A stretch of 64,000 nucleotides of DNA, taken from NCBI RefSeq assembly GCF_009834535.1, contig NC_045696.1:41976001-42040000 (forward strand), in the 5' to 3' direction. The translations under genes and the position numbers were made by a program. Origin of the DNA: Camelus ferus. Its lineage: Eukaryota. Below the pieces are notes generated by a model, which was not told where the DNA came from, ran no database searches, and saw only the letters and a program-made list of their open reading frames with translations. This document shows, piece by piece, positions 13,623 to 28,092 of the stretch. Position 1 is the stretch's first letter; each line of letters opens with the position of its first letter.

Positions 13623-13756
13623 TTTTTTTTTGTTTGGTTGGGAGGTATAATTAAGTTTACTTATTTATTTATTCTTGGAGGAAGTACTGGGGATTGAACG
13701 TAGGACCTCATGCATACTAAGCATGCACTCTACCACTTGAGCTATACCCTCCCCCA
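13623..13756 (-). mobile_element. tRNA-derived SINE (camelid Vic-1-like)
   Basis: The reverse strand has A/B-box-like sequence (GGTATAGCTCAAGTGGTAGAG...GTTCAATCCCCAGTAC) and an A-rich tail. TTGTGGTTCTT is directly repeated on both sides. Confidence 0.8.
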
Positions 13757-14992
13757 CCTTTGTGGTTCTTATTATGATTGCAAGATGTCCTCAGCAATAA
13801 CCATCAGGAAACTCTGAAAAAAAGATCAGGGTTTATTACTCATCGGTCCTGGCGGGTAATGGCAAGCCTGAAGCCACCTAGCAAGGTTATGGGTAGAGAA
13901 AAAGAGAGCATGGGCCCGGGGTTCTGCTTTTAATGGGGTCAAGGGAGGGGGTCTCGGGTTTCATGGATTTACTCTTTACTGGTGAATTTAAAACATAGGA
14001 GTGGGAGCTTAAAGCATGGGAAGAGAAAAACAAGCAGCCCAAATGATCACTTAGGTCAGCCAGGATCTCTAAATCAAAGAAGCCTTGGAGGCAAGGGGAG
14101 AGCCTGGCTCTTTACCTAGTCGTGTGGGTGTCTTGGCAGCGAAAGTCAGGCACTTGCCTTACAGAAAAGAAAAGCCAACTGACGGGGCTTTCACTGCAGG
14201 AGGATCACAAGGACTCACCATATGCTTCCTGCCTCTACACATGCATGGCCTCCCCGTTACTATCATCACTCACCAGAATGGTACATTTTTTTTACCAAGG
14301 ATGACCCTCCATTGACACATCATGATCACCCAAGGTCCATATTTACTTTAGGATTCACTCTTGGTGTTGTGCATTTTGTGGGTTTGGACAAATGTACAAG
14401 GATATCTGCCAGTCGTTATAATATCATACAGAGTATTTTCCCTTCCTTAAAAATCCTCTCTGCTCTGCCTGACAGTTCTTATTGATTCTTTCTTGGAATT
14501 TTTATCTCTGTCTTTACATTGCCCATTCGTTCTTGCATGTTGTCTTAAATCACAGTTGTTTTAAATTCCTAGTCTGATTATTCTTACATCCTTGCCATAT
14601 CTGAGTCTGGTTCTGATATTTGATCTATGTTTTCAAACTATGTTTTAGTATATCTTGTAATTTTTTGTTGAAAGCTGGCTGTGATGTACTGGGTAAAATG
14701 AACTCCAGTAAATTGGCTCGCGGTGGTGTGGTGGTGAGGTGTGAGGGAGGCGAAGTGCTTTACAGCCTTAGGTTTCTCAGTCCTTTAGTGGGCCTAGAAC
14801 TTCAAAATTGCTTCTTAGTCCTACCTTCAGTCCTTCAGTTGGGTGGAATGGTTAGCATGGGCCGGAGCTGAGTTTGTCCCTTACCCTAGTTTGGTTAGAC
14901 TCTGATAAAACCCCAAGAGATGAGGCTCTGGTAAAACACATAGTTTTTCTTGAGGGCAGACCTTGTCAAGAAGAACAGAATACTCTGATATA

Positions 14993-15609
14993 CAGTAGTC
15001 TTCCCATCCTCAGTTTCACTTTCTGTGGTTGTAGTTACCTGTGGTTAATCATGGTCTGAAAATATTAAGCGGAAAATTCCAGAAATAAACAGCTCACCAG
15101 TTTGGAGTTGTGCATTGTTCTGGGTAGCATGATGAAATCTCATGCCATCCTGCTCTGTCCCACCCAGGACCCTCAGCCCTCAACATCATCATGGCTCAGT
15201 CCAGGATCACCTGAAGCAGATGATCCTCCTTCTGGCGTGTGGTCAGAAGGTCAGTAGCAGCCTGACACCATGTCACAGTGCCTGCGTCATTCATCTCACT
15301 TCATCTCATCACGTAGGCGTTTTATCATCTCAACATCTCGAGAAGGACAAGTACACCACAATAAGATATTTTGAGACAGAGAGGGAGACAACATTCACCT
15401 AACTTCTATTACAGCATATTGCTGTAATTGTTCTATTTTATTAGTAGTTTTTGTTGTTAATCTCTTATGTCTAACTTATAAATTAAAATTTATCATAGGC
15501 ATATATGTGTAGGAAAAAGCAGGATATATAGGGCTTGTTATTACCCACAGTTTCAGGCATCCACTGGGGGTCTTGGAACATACCTCCTGTGGATAACATG
15601 GGACGACTG
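14993..15609. mobile_element. MER44/Tigger7-type DNA transposon
   Basis: TA|CAGTAGTC...GACGACTG|TA: terminal inverted repeats with a TA TSD. Confidence 0.75.
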
Positions 15610-15702
15610 TATTTCAAAATGAGTCCTTTTCCCCTTCTCTTTCTGGAAGCACCAAGGGAATTTTTCTCTGATATTTACTGTGGGAACCTGTAAAAATAGT
15701 GA

Positions 15703-16651
<949 letters not shown>

Positions 16652-19600
16652 TAGGAGACTTTCGTGTTTTGGTTATATGCTGCTTATATCTCTCTGAACT
16701 TGCCCCAATTCAGGAGAGGTGGTGAGTAAGAAAATAATTGAAGATTTACATTTGTGATTAGTGTGCTTATTTCAGTTCAAATTAAAGACCTTAAGTTTTT
16801 GTTCTTTTACTTTCGTTGTCTTTCACTTCAGAACTGCATAGCATGTCTATATCTGTGTAAGCAACATCGCTTATTCACAAAGCAGATAAAAAAAAAAACA
16901 CACCTAAGAATAGGGCAGAGAGAGATCTGATAGTCAGGCCGGTGTTTTATCTTCATGTCTCATAAACTTAAAAAATCTCCAGTGACGTACATGTTACCTG
17001 TTGTTAAAATCATATGAACATTTACGGATAGGAAAAAGACTGTGAATGTGGTAGCATTGCTGAGTGGATTTAGTGATAAACGTGGGAAGCCAGGGATACC
17101 ACAGCAAACTGTATTTTTTAAGTTAACAGCTGTTGAAATTATTCCAGACTTGTGTACATACTCCTGTTTTTTTGAAGATAAATGTAAAACTTTTCCCTCA
17201 TAATGATCAATATATGGAATAATGTCCAGAAGGAAGTGTATAGAATCAGTATGAATTAAAATTTCCATTTTCTTCAACATTCTACATGGTTCTGAAATAA
17301 AATAACATTCCTAAGAAATAAAAAGTTAGAAAAATTACATAGTCAAAAATACAATTATTTGAAAGAACGTAACATGTTTTTTATTTTGAAATGAAATACA
17401 TGCTTTTTATACATTCCCTGGTAGAGAGGGATTTTTGTTGCATATATCTGGGCACCCTAAATTCTTTTACTCTATGTCCACTCATTCCTTGGTGGGAGAA
17501 AAGTTCCTATGTAAGATGTGTGGTCTATAGGAGCTTCTAAATAAAACACTGATTTTTTTGCTTTTCCTGGAGTCAGCTTTCTGTCCAGTTGAAGTATGTA
17601 TGTGATGGGCTCATGTGTGCTCTGAGAAGGCCAGCAGAGGGAGCACTACTCCCAGTGCGCTGCTGCACTGTTCTGTGAGAGAGCCGCCTAGCTTTTTGCA
17701 TGGCTCAGTGCAGGAGGGCTCTAGTTTTATTCTTCGGGTTCCGATCTTAGACACGCTATTTATCGATGACTGTGAGCAGATTGCTTCATTTCTGTGTACT
17801 TTCTGCCTCTGTATGAAGACTGTTCAGTTTCACCCTTTTAGAGTTGTGTTGTCAGTCCATTTAGTGGCTTAGTGAAGAGGAGGAAGCAGAGCTCGCAAGT
17901 TACTGAAGTTCCACGTGGAAAACAGTGGGGAAAAGGTTAGAGGATTCAGTTAGTGTAAAATGTAACACTAAATGGTACCGTTAAAACCAAAAAAACGCTC
18001 GTTACTCCCGAAGGATAAAGCAGTGTCTGCCCGTGCCTTTACTTGTATGTGGGGGATGAGGCTGGCTGTTGATACCTCGTAGTAGAGTTATTAAAAGACT
18101 CTCCTTACCTGGAAGTTTGCTGGGAGAAGTGATTGAGGTGGCATAATATTTGACAGAATCCTGATACTGATTTTATTTTTTGCATTGTTTACTCTGTTAA
18201 AAATCTGAAATTTTGCATTAGGCTAACTGAAAAGAATAAGGGAAAGATCGAAATAGATCATTTGAGGGGTCTTTGAGTGTACTATTTTGAGCTCATGGCC
18301 TGAATTTTTAAGCTGGTACTGATTTTCACTGCTCTTCCTCGGTGGCTCATAATGTTGCTTAATTCAGAAAGGATTAAGAAGCTTAGCTTTGGGCTTTGGT
18401 TCCCAAATGACAGTTGGATAATTAAAGTGATCTAATCTTTGTTCTTTACTCATTAAGGGGAAAAAAGTGTTGGTTTTGGAAAGAACAACAGTATTTTGCT
18501 TAAAAGATCCCATAAGAGAACTCCTTTTGAAAGAATGAGCTTATCACATTAAAAGCTTACCTTTTATTTTAGTGTGATTTGTACTTTTTTTTCCCTTTCT
18601 AACTTTGTATTAAAAAAAAAAACCCCTTCAAATCTGTAGAAACACTGCAGGAATAACAAAAGTTAAGCACCCTATATACCTTTAACCTAGAGTCACCATT
18701 GTTAATGTTTTGCCACACTTGCTTTCTTTCTTTCTGTATGTGTGTGTCTGTGTATAATTTTTCCCCCTCAGGCCATTTGAGAGTAAGTTTCAGACATCAT
18801 GGCACTGCACCCCATGACTAGGCACCTCCTAGGAACATAGACTTTCTCCAACAGTACAACCATAACACAGTGATCACACTTGGGACATTTATCATTGATA
18901 CAATGTTATTATTTAATATGCAGTCTATATTCAGGTTTCTCCAGTTGTCCCAGGAATATTCTCTATAGCTAGCTCTTTTATTTTAACTAACCAAATCTAT
19001 GATCACACAGTCTATTTAATTGTCTCTTTAATCTCCTTTAATCCAGAAGAATTTTCTAGCTTGTTTTGCATTTTTACATTGACAATGTTGATGTCACTGT
19101 TTTTGTTGAATGTATCTTAATTTGGATTTTCTGCTTTATTGTTTCTGCATGATTAGATTGAGATTAAACATTTTTACAGAAAAATGACAGAGATGTGAAG
19201 TTTTCTTTTTAAAGCTCTAAGTTCATGAGAGCAGTTTATGTGTGCTCTCTTAAAGTCATGTTGTCTATTAAACGTCACCATTATAAATCTATGAAATTCT
19301 CTTATTCTCTGATATAGCATCCTGTAATTCCTTCCTTCCTGATTTTTTGTCTGTCTCCCTCATTTGAATGCCAGTGCCACGAAGGAGGAGATGTGGTGTG
19401 TTTTGTTTACTTTTACATCCTTGGTATCTAGGGTAGTGCCTGGCACACAGTAGAAGCTTAAGAATTATTTAAGAGCAAATCTGTTTTGAATGGGCTTTTG
19501 ATAAAATGAAATACTACAACTGCACGTTCCCATATCAAATTTGGAAAGTTAGCATTTTGTTTGTTTGTTTGTTTTTGGTCTAAGTGCAAGAGGCGTAATT

Positions 19601-20312
19601 ATTGTGACCCAGTTTCTGGAATAGTTACACAGAGTTTTCAGTACACTTCTCCTGGACTCCATTCTCCTCCACTTTTTCTCCATCAAATATTTCCTGAACA
19701 TGGACTCTAGTCCAGGGCCTGTGCTGAGTGCTGAAGACAAAAGGCGAGTGAGACACAATCCGTGTCTTTGAGGAGGACATGTTTTAGTAGGGGGGACAGA
19801 CCCTACAGAGCCATAGTAACAATGAGCAGAGTGCTGCATGAGCATGTACCTGGGGACAGGTGTTCCCAGTTAGGACTCATCTCCACTCTGGGCAAGGCCT
19901 AAGTGGCCTTGCCGCTTACTGCTCTGACCCATGACTTACTGCTCCATAGACTTGCAGCCTGAAAACTAAGTAATGATGAAATAGATATTCTCATCAGGCG
20001 AGCCATTCTCTGAGTCAAGGGGAAGTAAGTAATTTGAACAGAATTTGTCATTTTGGAGTTTGCAACTCTAAGGGTGAAGCAGAGAAAAATTAAGAATCTA
20101 TGTAATTCTTATTCAGTTTATATATCCATATGACATGCTTATTATAACTAGTTTGTTAATTATCAAGCGTATTGATTAACATTTATAAGAATATTTCATC
20201 TTAATAAAGCTCTATGAAATCATGTCCATTAAAAAATTTAGAAATAAAAATACATATTGGGAAATAAATGTTCCTGAATCTAAACTTTGTACTCTTTTTC
20301 TTCCTCTTAAAG

Positions 20313-20386
20313 TGGTGTCAATATCAAAATGCCAATCAACTCCAGTGGGCCTGACTGGGTGACTGTGATTCCCAGGAGTATAAAAG
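20313..20386 (+). CDS. NXPE3: NXPE3 coding exon 3
   Basis: Acceptor ttcctcttaaag|T. 74 nt encoding (S)GVNIKMPINSSGPDWVTVIPRSIK. Donor G|gtaaaa. Phases fit the neighbouring exons. Confidence 0.93.
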
Positions 20387-20724
20387 GTAAAAAGGAATGA
20401 GCTTGATGATTTGTTGTTTTTCTTGCTAAGTATGTTGAATCTCTGTAGTTTCACTGATGTTACAAAGCCCACCCTTTCTCCTTTAATACTGTTTTAACAA
20501 ACCTAGATGATTCTGATCCACTGATACAGGATATTATTAAAAGTAAGAGAAAATTTACTGTACAGGAATCATGCCACAATAAAGGTGTTTTAAAAAAATA
20601 AAAGAAATTCAGAAGAGTAAATGTATGTGCTTTTTCTTTGCAGAGCGGATATAATTAGCTATAGTGACTTGTAGTAGAAAGAGAGGAGGAACATAATTAA
20701 GGAGGCTGATGCAGATGACAGGTG

Positions 20725-20754
20725 ATCACTTCTCGGCCTTTTGGCTAAGATCAA
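20725..20754 (+). pseudogene. 3'-truncated U2 snRNA retropseudogene
   Basis: ATCACTTCTCGGCCTTTTGGCTAAGATCAA matches U2 nt 1-30 with one mismatch. Degenerate 16-bp direct repeats at 20709-20724 and 20755-20770. Confidence 0.85.
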
Positions 20755-22570
20755 ATGCATATGGCAGACGAGGCCCTTTTAACTGTTGAAAGCACATATA
20801 TAGTATCCCACAGAGCAGATCGTGCGAACACTAATGCCATAGGGACGAGGTACACGACACACCAGGGTGGCTATTAGCCGTATGCATGTCTTGTGTGAGT
20901 GGTGGTCAAGGACCCCAAGAGCAGGGGCCAGCTAAAGGAGGCAGCCTCTCAGTACCTGTGTGTTGTTGTCATGCAGAAATGGAGACCTAGTATGGCCAGA
21001 TCTATAGTTTTTCTCCTTTGAAAATACGGAATTCTTTAAGTTTCGAATGTAGTATCTCTAGATGTCAAAGCATTGGCAATACAATTCAAAACTTTTAAAA
21101 ATATTGTGTGGGGTAAATAAAATGTATCTGTGGCCCGTATGCAGGCAGGACACTACCAGTCTGTATCTCTGGTCTTTACTGTCATGTGTCACAAGAAATC
21201 CCAGTCTTTTCCTAGTGAAGAGCTGTATTTGATTTACTTGAACCCAGTGAGTTACTAATTTTCAAGGATACGTAAGTGAAACGTCGTTAATAGAAGTTGC
21301 TTACCTTTTACCTGCCTGGCCGTCAACCCCACAGCCGAGATAGTTAGTAGACATAATACCCCGCAGTAGTGCTGGACCGCTCACGCTCTCTCACGTCTGA
21401 CCCCTCAGCAGGCACCAACCCACTGCTGCATCTGTCCTTTTCCTCCACAGCCCCGGTTGGCTGGCTTGTCCACCTTGTGTTGTCCCCGGCTGGCCGGTGG
21501 GATGGCCAGTGGGAGGAGCTTTGCATGGTTTACTTGCACCTGTCAAGTCTTAGGGTTTAGCCAGGAAGTGGTTGTGGGTTTGTGATGTCCTATTCTGTTT
21601 AGAGACAAGAAAGATTCAGTAACTAGTGAGGCTTTTGATGGACTTTTAGAGGAATAAAGCAACCATGAATCAGTAGGAGCAGAGTAGCCTGACTTTGAGA
21701 AAATCATCTCGGAGCAGGTAAATAATTGGGAAGGAAGGAGAAAAGCAATTGTTATCAAAGTCCAGCCTAGGGGAACTTCACTGAAGTTCATCTTAGTGAC
21801 CAGCAGTGGGCACTCAAAGATCCCAAACAAAAGGCTCACATTCTTCCTACTTTCATTTCTTCCTTTTTACGTCCCTGCCTCCCTCCATTCCTCTGTTCTC
21901 GTTGTACTTTTTTTTTTTTTTTGGTATATATGTATATGTTTATTGAAGTGTAGTCATTTCCCTTCGTACTTTTTAAACAATATTTTGTTTTCGGATAATT
22001 TTAGACTTAAGTAAGAGTTATAGAAATAGTACAAAGCTCCGTGGTTGCCTTTACCCAGTTTCCCTTATGCATCTTAAGAAATCACAGAACACTTATCAAA
22101 ACTAAGAATTTAACATCAATACAATGTTATTATTTTAACAATAGATTTTATTTGTATTTCATCAGTTTTTCCACTAATGTCCCCCTTTCTTGTTCCAGAA
22201 TCCAGTGTTGCTCTCACACTGTATTTGGTTCCACATTTCCTTAGTCTTCCCTCTGTGACAGACCTCTGTCCCTTATTGTCTTCCGTGATTTTGACACTTT
22301 TGAACAGCACTGATCAGGTATTTTTTAGAATCTCTCTAAATTTGGGTTTGTCTAATAGTTTCTTATGATTGGAATGAGGTTATGCATTTTTGGGAAGAAT
22401 AGGACAGAAATGATATTGTACCCTTTTAAGGGGGCTCATGATGTGTATTGCTAAGGATGTTAGCAAACCTTGACCACTTGGTTAAAGTGGTACCTGCCTG
22501 GGCTTTCCACTGTAAGCTTACTATTTTAATCTTTGTGCTTACTCAGTATTCTGGGGAGATACTTTGAGAC

Positions 22571-23035
22571 TGTGGTAGGTTGAAAATGGCCCCCAAGATA
22601 TCCGGATCCTAATCCCTCAAATTTGTTAATGTTATTTGGCAGAAGAAACTTTGCATATGTGATTAAGTTAAGGGTTTTGAGATGGGGAGAGATTATCTGG
22701 ATTGTCTGAGTGGGTCCTAAATGCAAGCACAAGTGTCCTTTTAAGGAGGAGGCAGAGAGAGACTTCACACAGAAGACGGGAGATAGAAGCAGAGAGAGAT
22801 TTGAAGATGCCATGACAGTGGCTTTAGAAATGGAGAAAGGGACTGTGAGCCACAGAATACAGCTCTAGCACAGGCAGGAAACAAGATCTTCCCTAGATCC
22901 TCCAGAGAGAGCTTTTGGCCCAGTGATACTGGTTTTGGACTTCCAGCCTTCAGAACTGTAAGAGAGTAAGTCTGTGTCATTTTAGGCCACGAAATTTGTG
23001 GTGACTTGTTACAGCAGCCACAGGAAATTAAGACA
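22571..23035 (+). mobile_element. MLT1-type MaLR solo LTR
   Basis: TGTGGTAGG...AATTAAGACA with a 5-bp TSD GAGAC/GGGAC, inserted into an old L1 fragment. Confidence 0.8.
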
Positions 23036-23999
23036 GGGACTGTAAACATTCTGTTTCTGCTTAAATTTTCATCCCCTCGTGTTGGCACTCAGTAGACCTT
23101 GCCCGCAGTGGTTGTTTCTGCGGTGTCCTAATGGTGACTTGCTGTATCTCTCATTCTTAAGACATTTATTAATTGGAATTTTTCTGCAAGGAGGAGATGT
23201 CTCTTCTTTACCATTTATTTGATTATATCCATAGAGACTCATGACGGTTTGATGCTTTGGGCTATAATCCAACTCAGTTGTTGCTCATATTGTTCCAGCT
23301 TTGCAAATTGGGAACTTTTCCAGTTTGGCTTCTGTGTCCTTTTGACATACTCATCCTTTTTTTGAATTTTTTACTTTTTTTTTTGAGCACTTTCTTACTT
23401 TCTGGCACCACAAAGTATTTCAGGTCCATCTTGTGTTTTCTTTGCCCTAGCCTTGTAAGTGTTTATAGTCTTTACAGCTATGAACCTTATGTTTTGAAGG
23501 TTTTATTTTTCTCTGTGACATTTCATTATTTGTGTATTAATTAATTGGTTGCACACAAGGTAAAGTTGTTCTAAGATGTACATTTGCATTTTTAGAGTCT
23601 GATGGATTGCTTGAGATTGCCACCCCCCACGCATGGGGAGAATTCCAGCAAGGGAACACAGCTTTACCTTGTCAAGGGCAAGCCCCTGATTCCTGCCAGG
23701 CCCTCCCAGTGCCAGAATCATGGCTGAATTTCCATAATCACCTGCGCTGTTGTCCTCAAACCATCATAGCCTAATGGCTTAGGGACCTTGATGGCCTCAG
23801 ACCTCATCAACAATCAAACTACAGCTCATATTTTGTGGGGAGCTTACTGAAAGTTAGGATAGGTCTAGATCTGATAGCAACAGATTAACATCTTTGTAGC
23901 TTTTTACTATTTTTATCTGTTGAAATATATCTTATATACAATAGAGCACACAGATCATAAGCATATAGTACAATGGAGTTTTATGTCTGTGCATATCTT

Positions 24000-24572
24000 T
24001 GTGACTGAGGTAGGGTCAGTTCTAAGGTGACTCCCAGTGATGCATGCCTTTCCCTTCCCACATACACCCTTCCCTTCAATTCTGTGACAAAGTTGGCTTT
24101 AAAAAAAGGAGAGATTATCCTGGGTAGATCTGACCGAGTCAGATAGCCCTTAACAGGGACCAGGTTCTTTGAGAAGGAGATTGAAAGTGTGAGAAGGCGT
24201 CTGTGTGAGGGAGATTTCTTTGTTGCTGGCTTTAAAGATGCAGGAGGCCATGGGGGCAAGGAATGTAGCAGCTTCTAAGAGCTGAAGGGCGTCCCTGGCT
24301 GACAGGCAGCTGGGAGATGAGAAGCTCAGTTTTGTAACCACAAGGAGCCAAATTTGGCTGACAAATTCCACGAGCTTGGAAGCAGATTCTTCTCCAGAGC
24401 CTTCCAAAAGGATCATAGCCCTGCTGACACCCTGATTTCCACCTGTGAGACCCTGAGCGGAGAACCCGCATGCCCGACTCCTGACCTGCAGTACTGTGGG
24501 GAAATAAATACCCCTTGTTTTTAAGCCATTAAGCTTGTGGTGATTTGTTACATAGCAAAAGAAAACTAATAA
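24000..24572 (+). mobile_element. MLT1-type MaLR LTR
   Basis: Typical 3' end: gttttaagccattaagcttgtggtgatttgttacatagcaaaagaaaactaata. Confidence 0.7.
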
Positions 24573-27500
24573 ATTACCACCCAGATCAAGATATGGAATG
24601 TTTCCAGCACTCCAGTATAGCCCCTTACTGTTAAAAACAGGCTTTCACACTATTGTGTAATTGAATTTTCACAGTGACTCTTCAAAATAACTAGTAGTTT
24701 ACCCATTTTATAGATAACGAAACCAAGGTCTGGGTCCAGTTAACTTAGAAAACCGAAGGACTTATATCCTACGTATGACATCTAGCAAGCTGATCCCCCT
24801 GGGGAGAGGAAGGCCACCCCCACAACTCTTTCCATAGCGAGGTGAATGTGTCTGTAAACGGTACTGCCTCGGCCACGTAGCCTGTCTCCTCAGCCTTCTG
24901 AGTCACTCTGTGACTTGCTTCCTTCACCTGTAAGAGGTACCGGAGTAGCTGTCCTCTGAGGTCCCTTCCAACATTCTCTGTATCCACAGGTATTTCTACC
25001 TTATGTGGCATTCTTGGCTTTCCTCCGTGAAATGCTTAGCTTTGAGCGACTGAAATATAAAGAAAAAAAAAATCAAATTCCCAGGGTTTTGTAGGGGGAA
25101 TTCAAGGGTAAACTCGGCCTCAAGCCACTATAATTGCTGTGTAGCTGGGACCTCCTTGTGTTCCCAGCACTCGGCAGGGTGTAGCCCAGACAGCTTGACA
25201 CTCTATCCTCATTCCTTATCTCCTGAGGCGGCATTCCTGTGCCGCCCGTGTTCCCTGGTCAAGGAGTTGTTCACCTCCATGTCTTCTCTGTCGTGTCTTT
25301 CTTTCCCCTTATGAACCATGTACCCCACTTTGACCTGCCCTGTACTGTTCTGTGGGCTAATTCCACACCATGAAGTTAAGGGACCTGTATCGCACATGTG
25401 CACATACACCTCCCACCCTTAATTTGCATGGTATCCCTCTCATCCTGCTGTTTCTGGATAGTTTAGGGAAATTGATCTCTGCCTTTTCTCTCTTATTTTG
25501 TCCCATTCGAGGCCCAGATGGCCCTCATTATGGCTGATGGATGACATGGGATGATGCCCTTTAGAGGACAATGTAAGCTGTGGGCTTCAAAGAGAAGCCA
25601 AGACATTTCAGAGAAGCAGGGACGTTACTTGCGAATAATCAAAACTATTCTTTCTGATTTTGCATTAAGATCTTTATATCTACTTTTACAACTGCCTCCA
25701 TGTAAACTTCCTTCACCGTTGATATTTAAGATAACCATAAAATTGAGTAATAATGTATTTTTGTTTTTAATTATTTTTATTCCACATGTTAAGTACATTA
25801 AGGATTATGTTATGGATTTAAGAGACTTTCATATGTCAGATCTTATTTGAAAATGCATTCTGAGTTCCAAGAAACGCTGACTTTCTAAACAACTTCAGAC
25901 TGCTTTAATACCACATTAATCAGGAAATGTTTTTGTCCCAGCTGACCATAACAGGGCAATGTAGGTACACACATTTCACTTTAAAAATATTTTCATCTAG
26001 TGCTGCATGTTTAAAGAATGTAATGTCAGGTTCAGTAATTGATTTGCTTGCTTGACTTAATTCTGATAATAAATATAATTAACATTTGAATGGAAATGGT
26101 AATTGTTTCCTGTGTGATATATCCATTTTTTGGTAACATTTATTTGACATAGAATAGCTGAGTCTACTGAATTAACCTGGTTAAAAATTGTAACTTCAAA
26201 ATCACTTTTAATTCACATTTCAGTGAACGTTTCCTTGGGGCCCCAGGTGTCAGCCCCGGAGCTGTCTGGTCTGTGTGGCCTTGACGTGCAGATATAATGA
26301 GGCACTTGGGCAAGATGTGGTGACGTGGTAGAGCCACACTTGGTAACATGTTGAGAAACTGTTTTTGAATAAGCCAAACAGATGTTTACCCTACCCCTCA
26401 CTTCTCTTTGATAATCACATTTGGTAGAAAAGATTTTAAAATGCTATTTATTTTTCAATTTAGTCCCCGGACCTGCAAAGAATTAGATACCTAAGAGAAA
26501 AGATTAAATATGCACTATTTGTCAAATAGGGTATCTTCTTTGAAGGGAATAAAACCAAAATAATTTTGAGTAATACAGATAATATCAAGAAGTCAAATAA
26601 GCTGCAAACAGTCAAATAGGAGATTCACTTAAATTTCTGAGTCATGAGCATTTGGATCTTGAATTGTGGTTTAACAGGTGAGATTGTAGAATTACTGGGT
26701 TATAATGAAGGTTTGAATCTTGGGGTATGTAAGGAAGTGATATAAAATGATTGGTGGTTTTTTAGAGGTTGTAGATTTGAATAATAAGTGTTAGAAATGA
26801 GTAAGTGTACGCTTTCAGGAAAAAAGCCAAAAAGAAAATGGCTGATACCTATAAACATTTGTGTTTTGAGAGACGACGTAGCACCGTGGCTGAGAGCATG
26901 GGCTTGGGGCCTCACCTGCTTGTATTAGGTCCTGGATCTGCTACTTACTAGCTCTGGGGCTGAGCTCAAGGTGCTTAACTGTTTTGAATGGTAGGGATAA
27001 TAATAGGATTTACCTTAAAGGGCTATGCTGAGCAGCATATGAAGTGATACTTTTAATTGCTCAGAACAGTGGTGCAAAGTAAAACTCGCAAGAAGTATTC
27101 GCCATCCCTGTTTGATCTGAAGCATGTAAAGCGTGCTGTTTCCACAGTGGCACTTTCTGAGGGAGGTGTTAGGGCAGGAGAGTGTTGACTGTCCCTCTGA
27201 AAGGTGTCCTGGCGCTTGTGTCATTATGTGCAGCGAGGCTACAAGCGTGCGTACACACTGCTGCTGCATTTTACATACTGTTCGTTGTGCATAAGGACGG
27301 CTGAACCTTTTGTACTGGAGGAGCAGTTCTTTAGACTGTATGTTATTGGTTTGTTTTCTGTATTCATTGGTGGGTTTCTGAATTAATATCTGATTGTAGG
27401 ACCCATGGATTAAAACTTTCTTTTTAATGGGCTGAGACAGAGTGGGCTAATATTACTATGCACATGTAAAGTGTGAGTTTAAGCTGCTACTCACCTCACA

Positions 27501-27747
27501 GGTATTTGGAGGAGAAACCTTTCTGTTCAGGGATAATGTTGGACGAATGCTTAGATCTACACTTTTCCCTGGTTTTTGCCTGCCTTTATTTTTGGCTTCG
27601 ATAACCTGCATAATCAGAGGGAATGCTCAGAGTCCCCTTTCCCCTTCTGTCCTCCAACACCCTCACACCCATTTCACATCTTCTCATTTTTTATGCAAAG
27701 AAGACCTTTTTGTAGGAGGGGGAAAGTCTGGGCTTTCTTTGAGATGA

Positions 27748-28092
<345 letters not shown>

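Noticed and set aside
13558..14240. Probable further LTR on the minus strand, interrupted by the SINE
   Set aside because: It looks LTR-like (minus-strand AATAAA at ~13832), but I could not define termini or a TSD.
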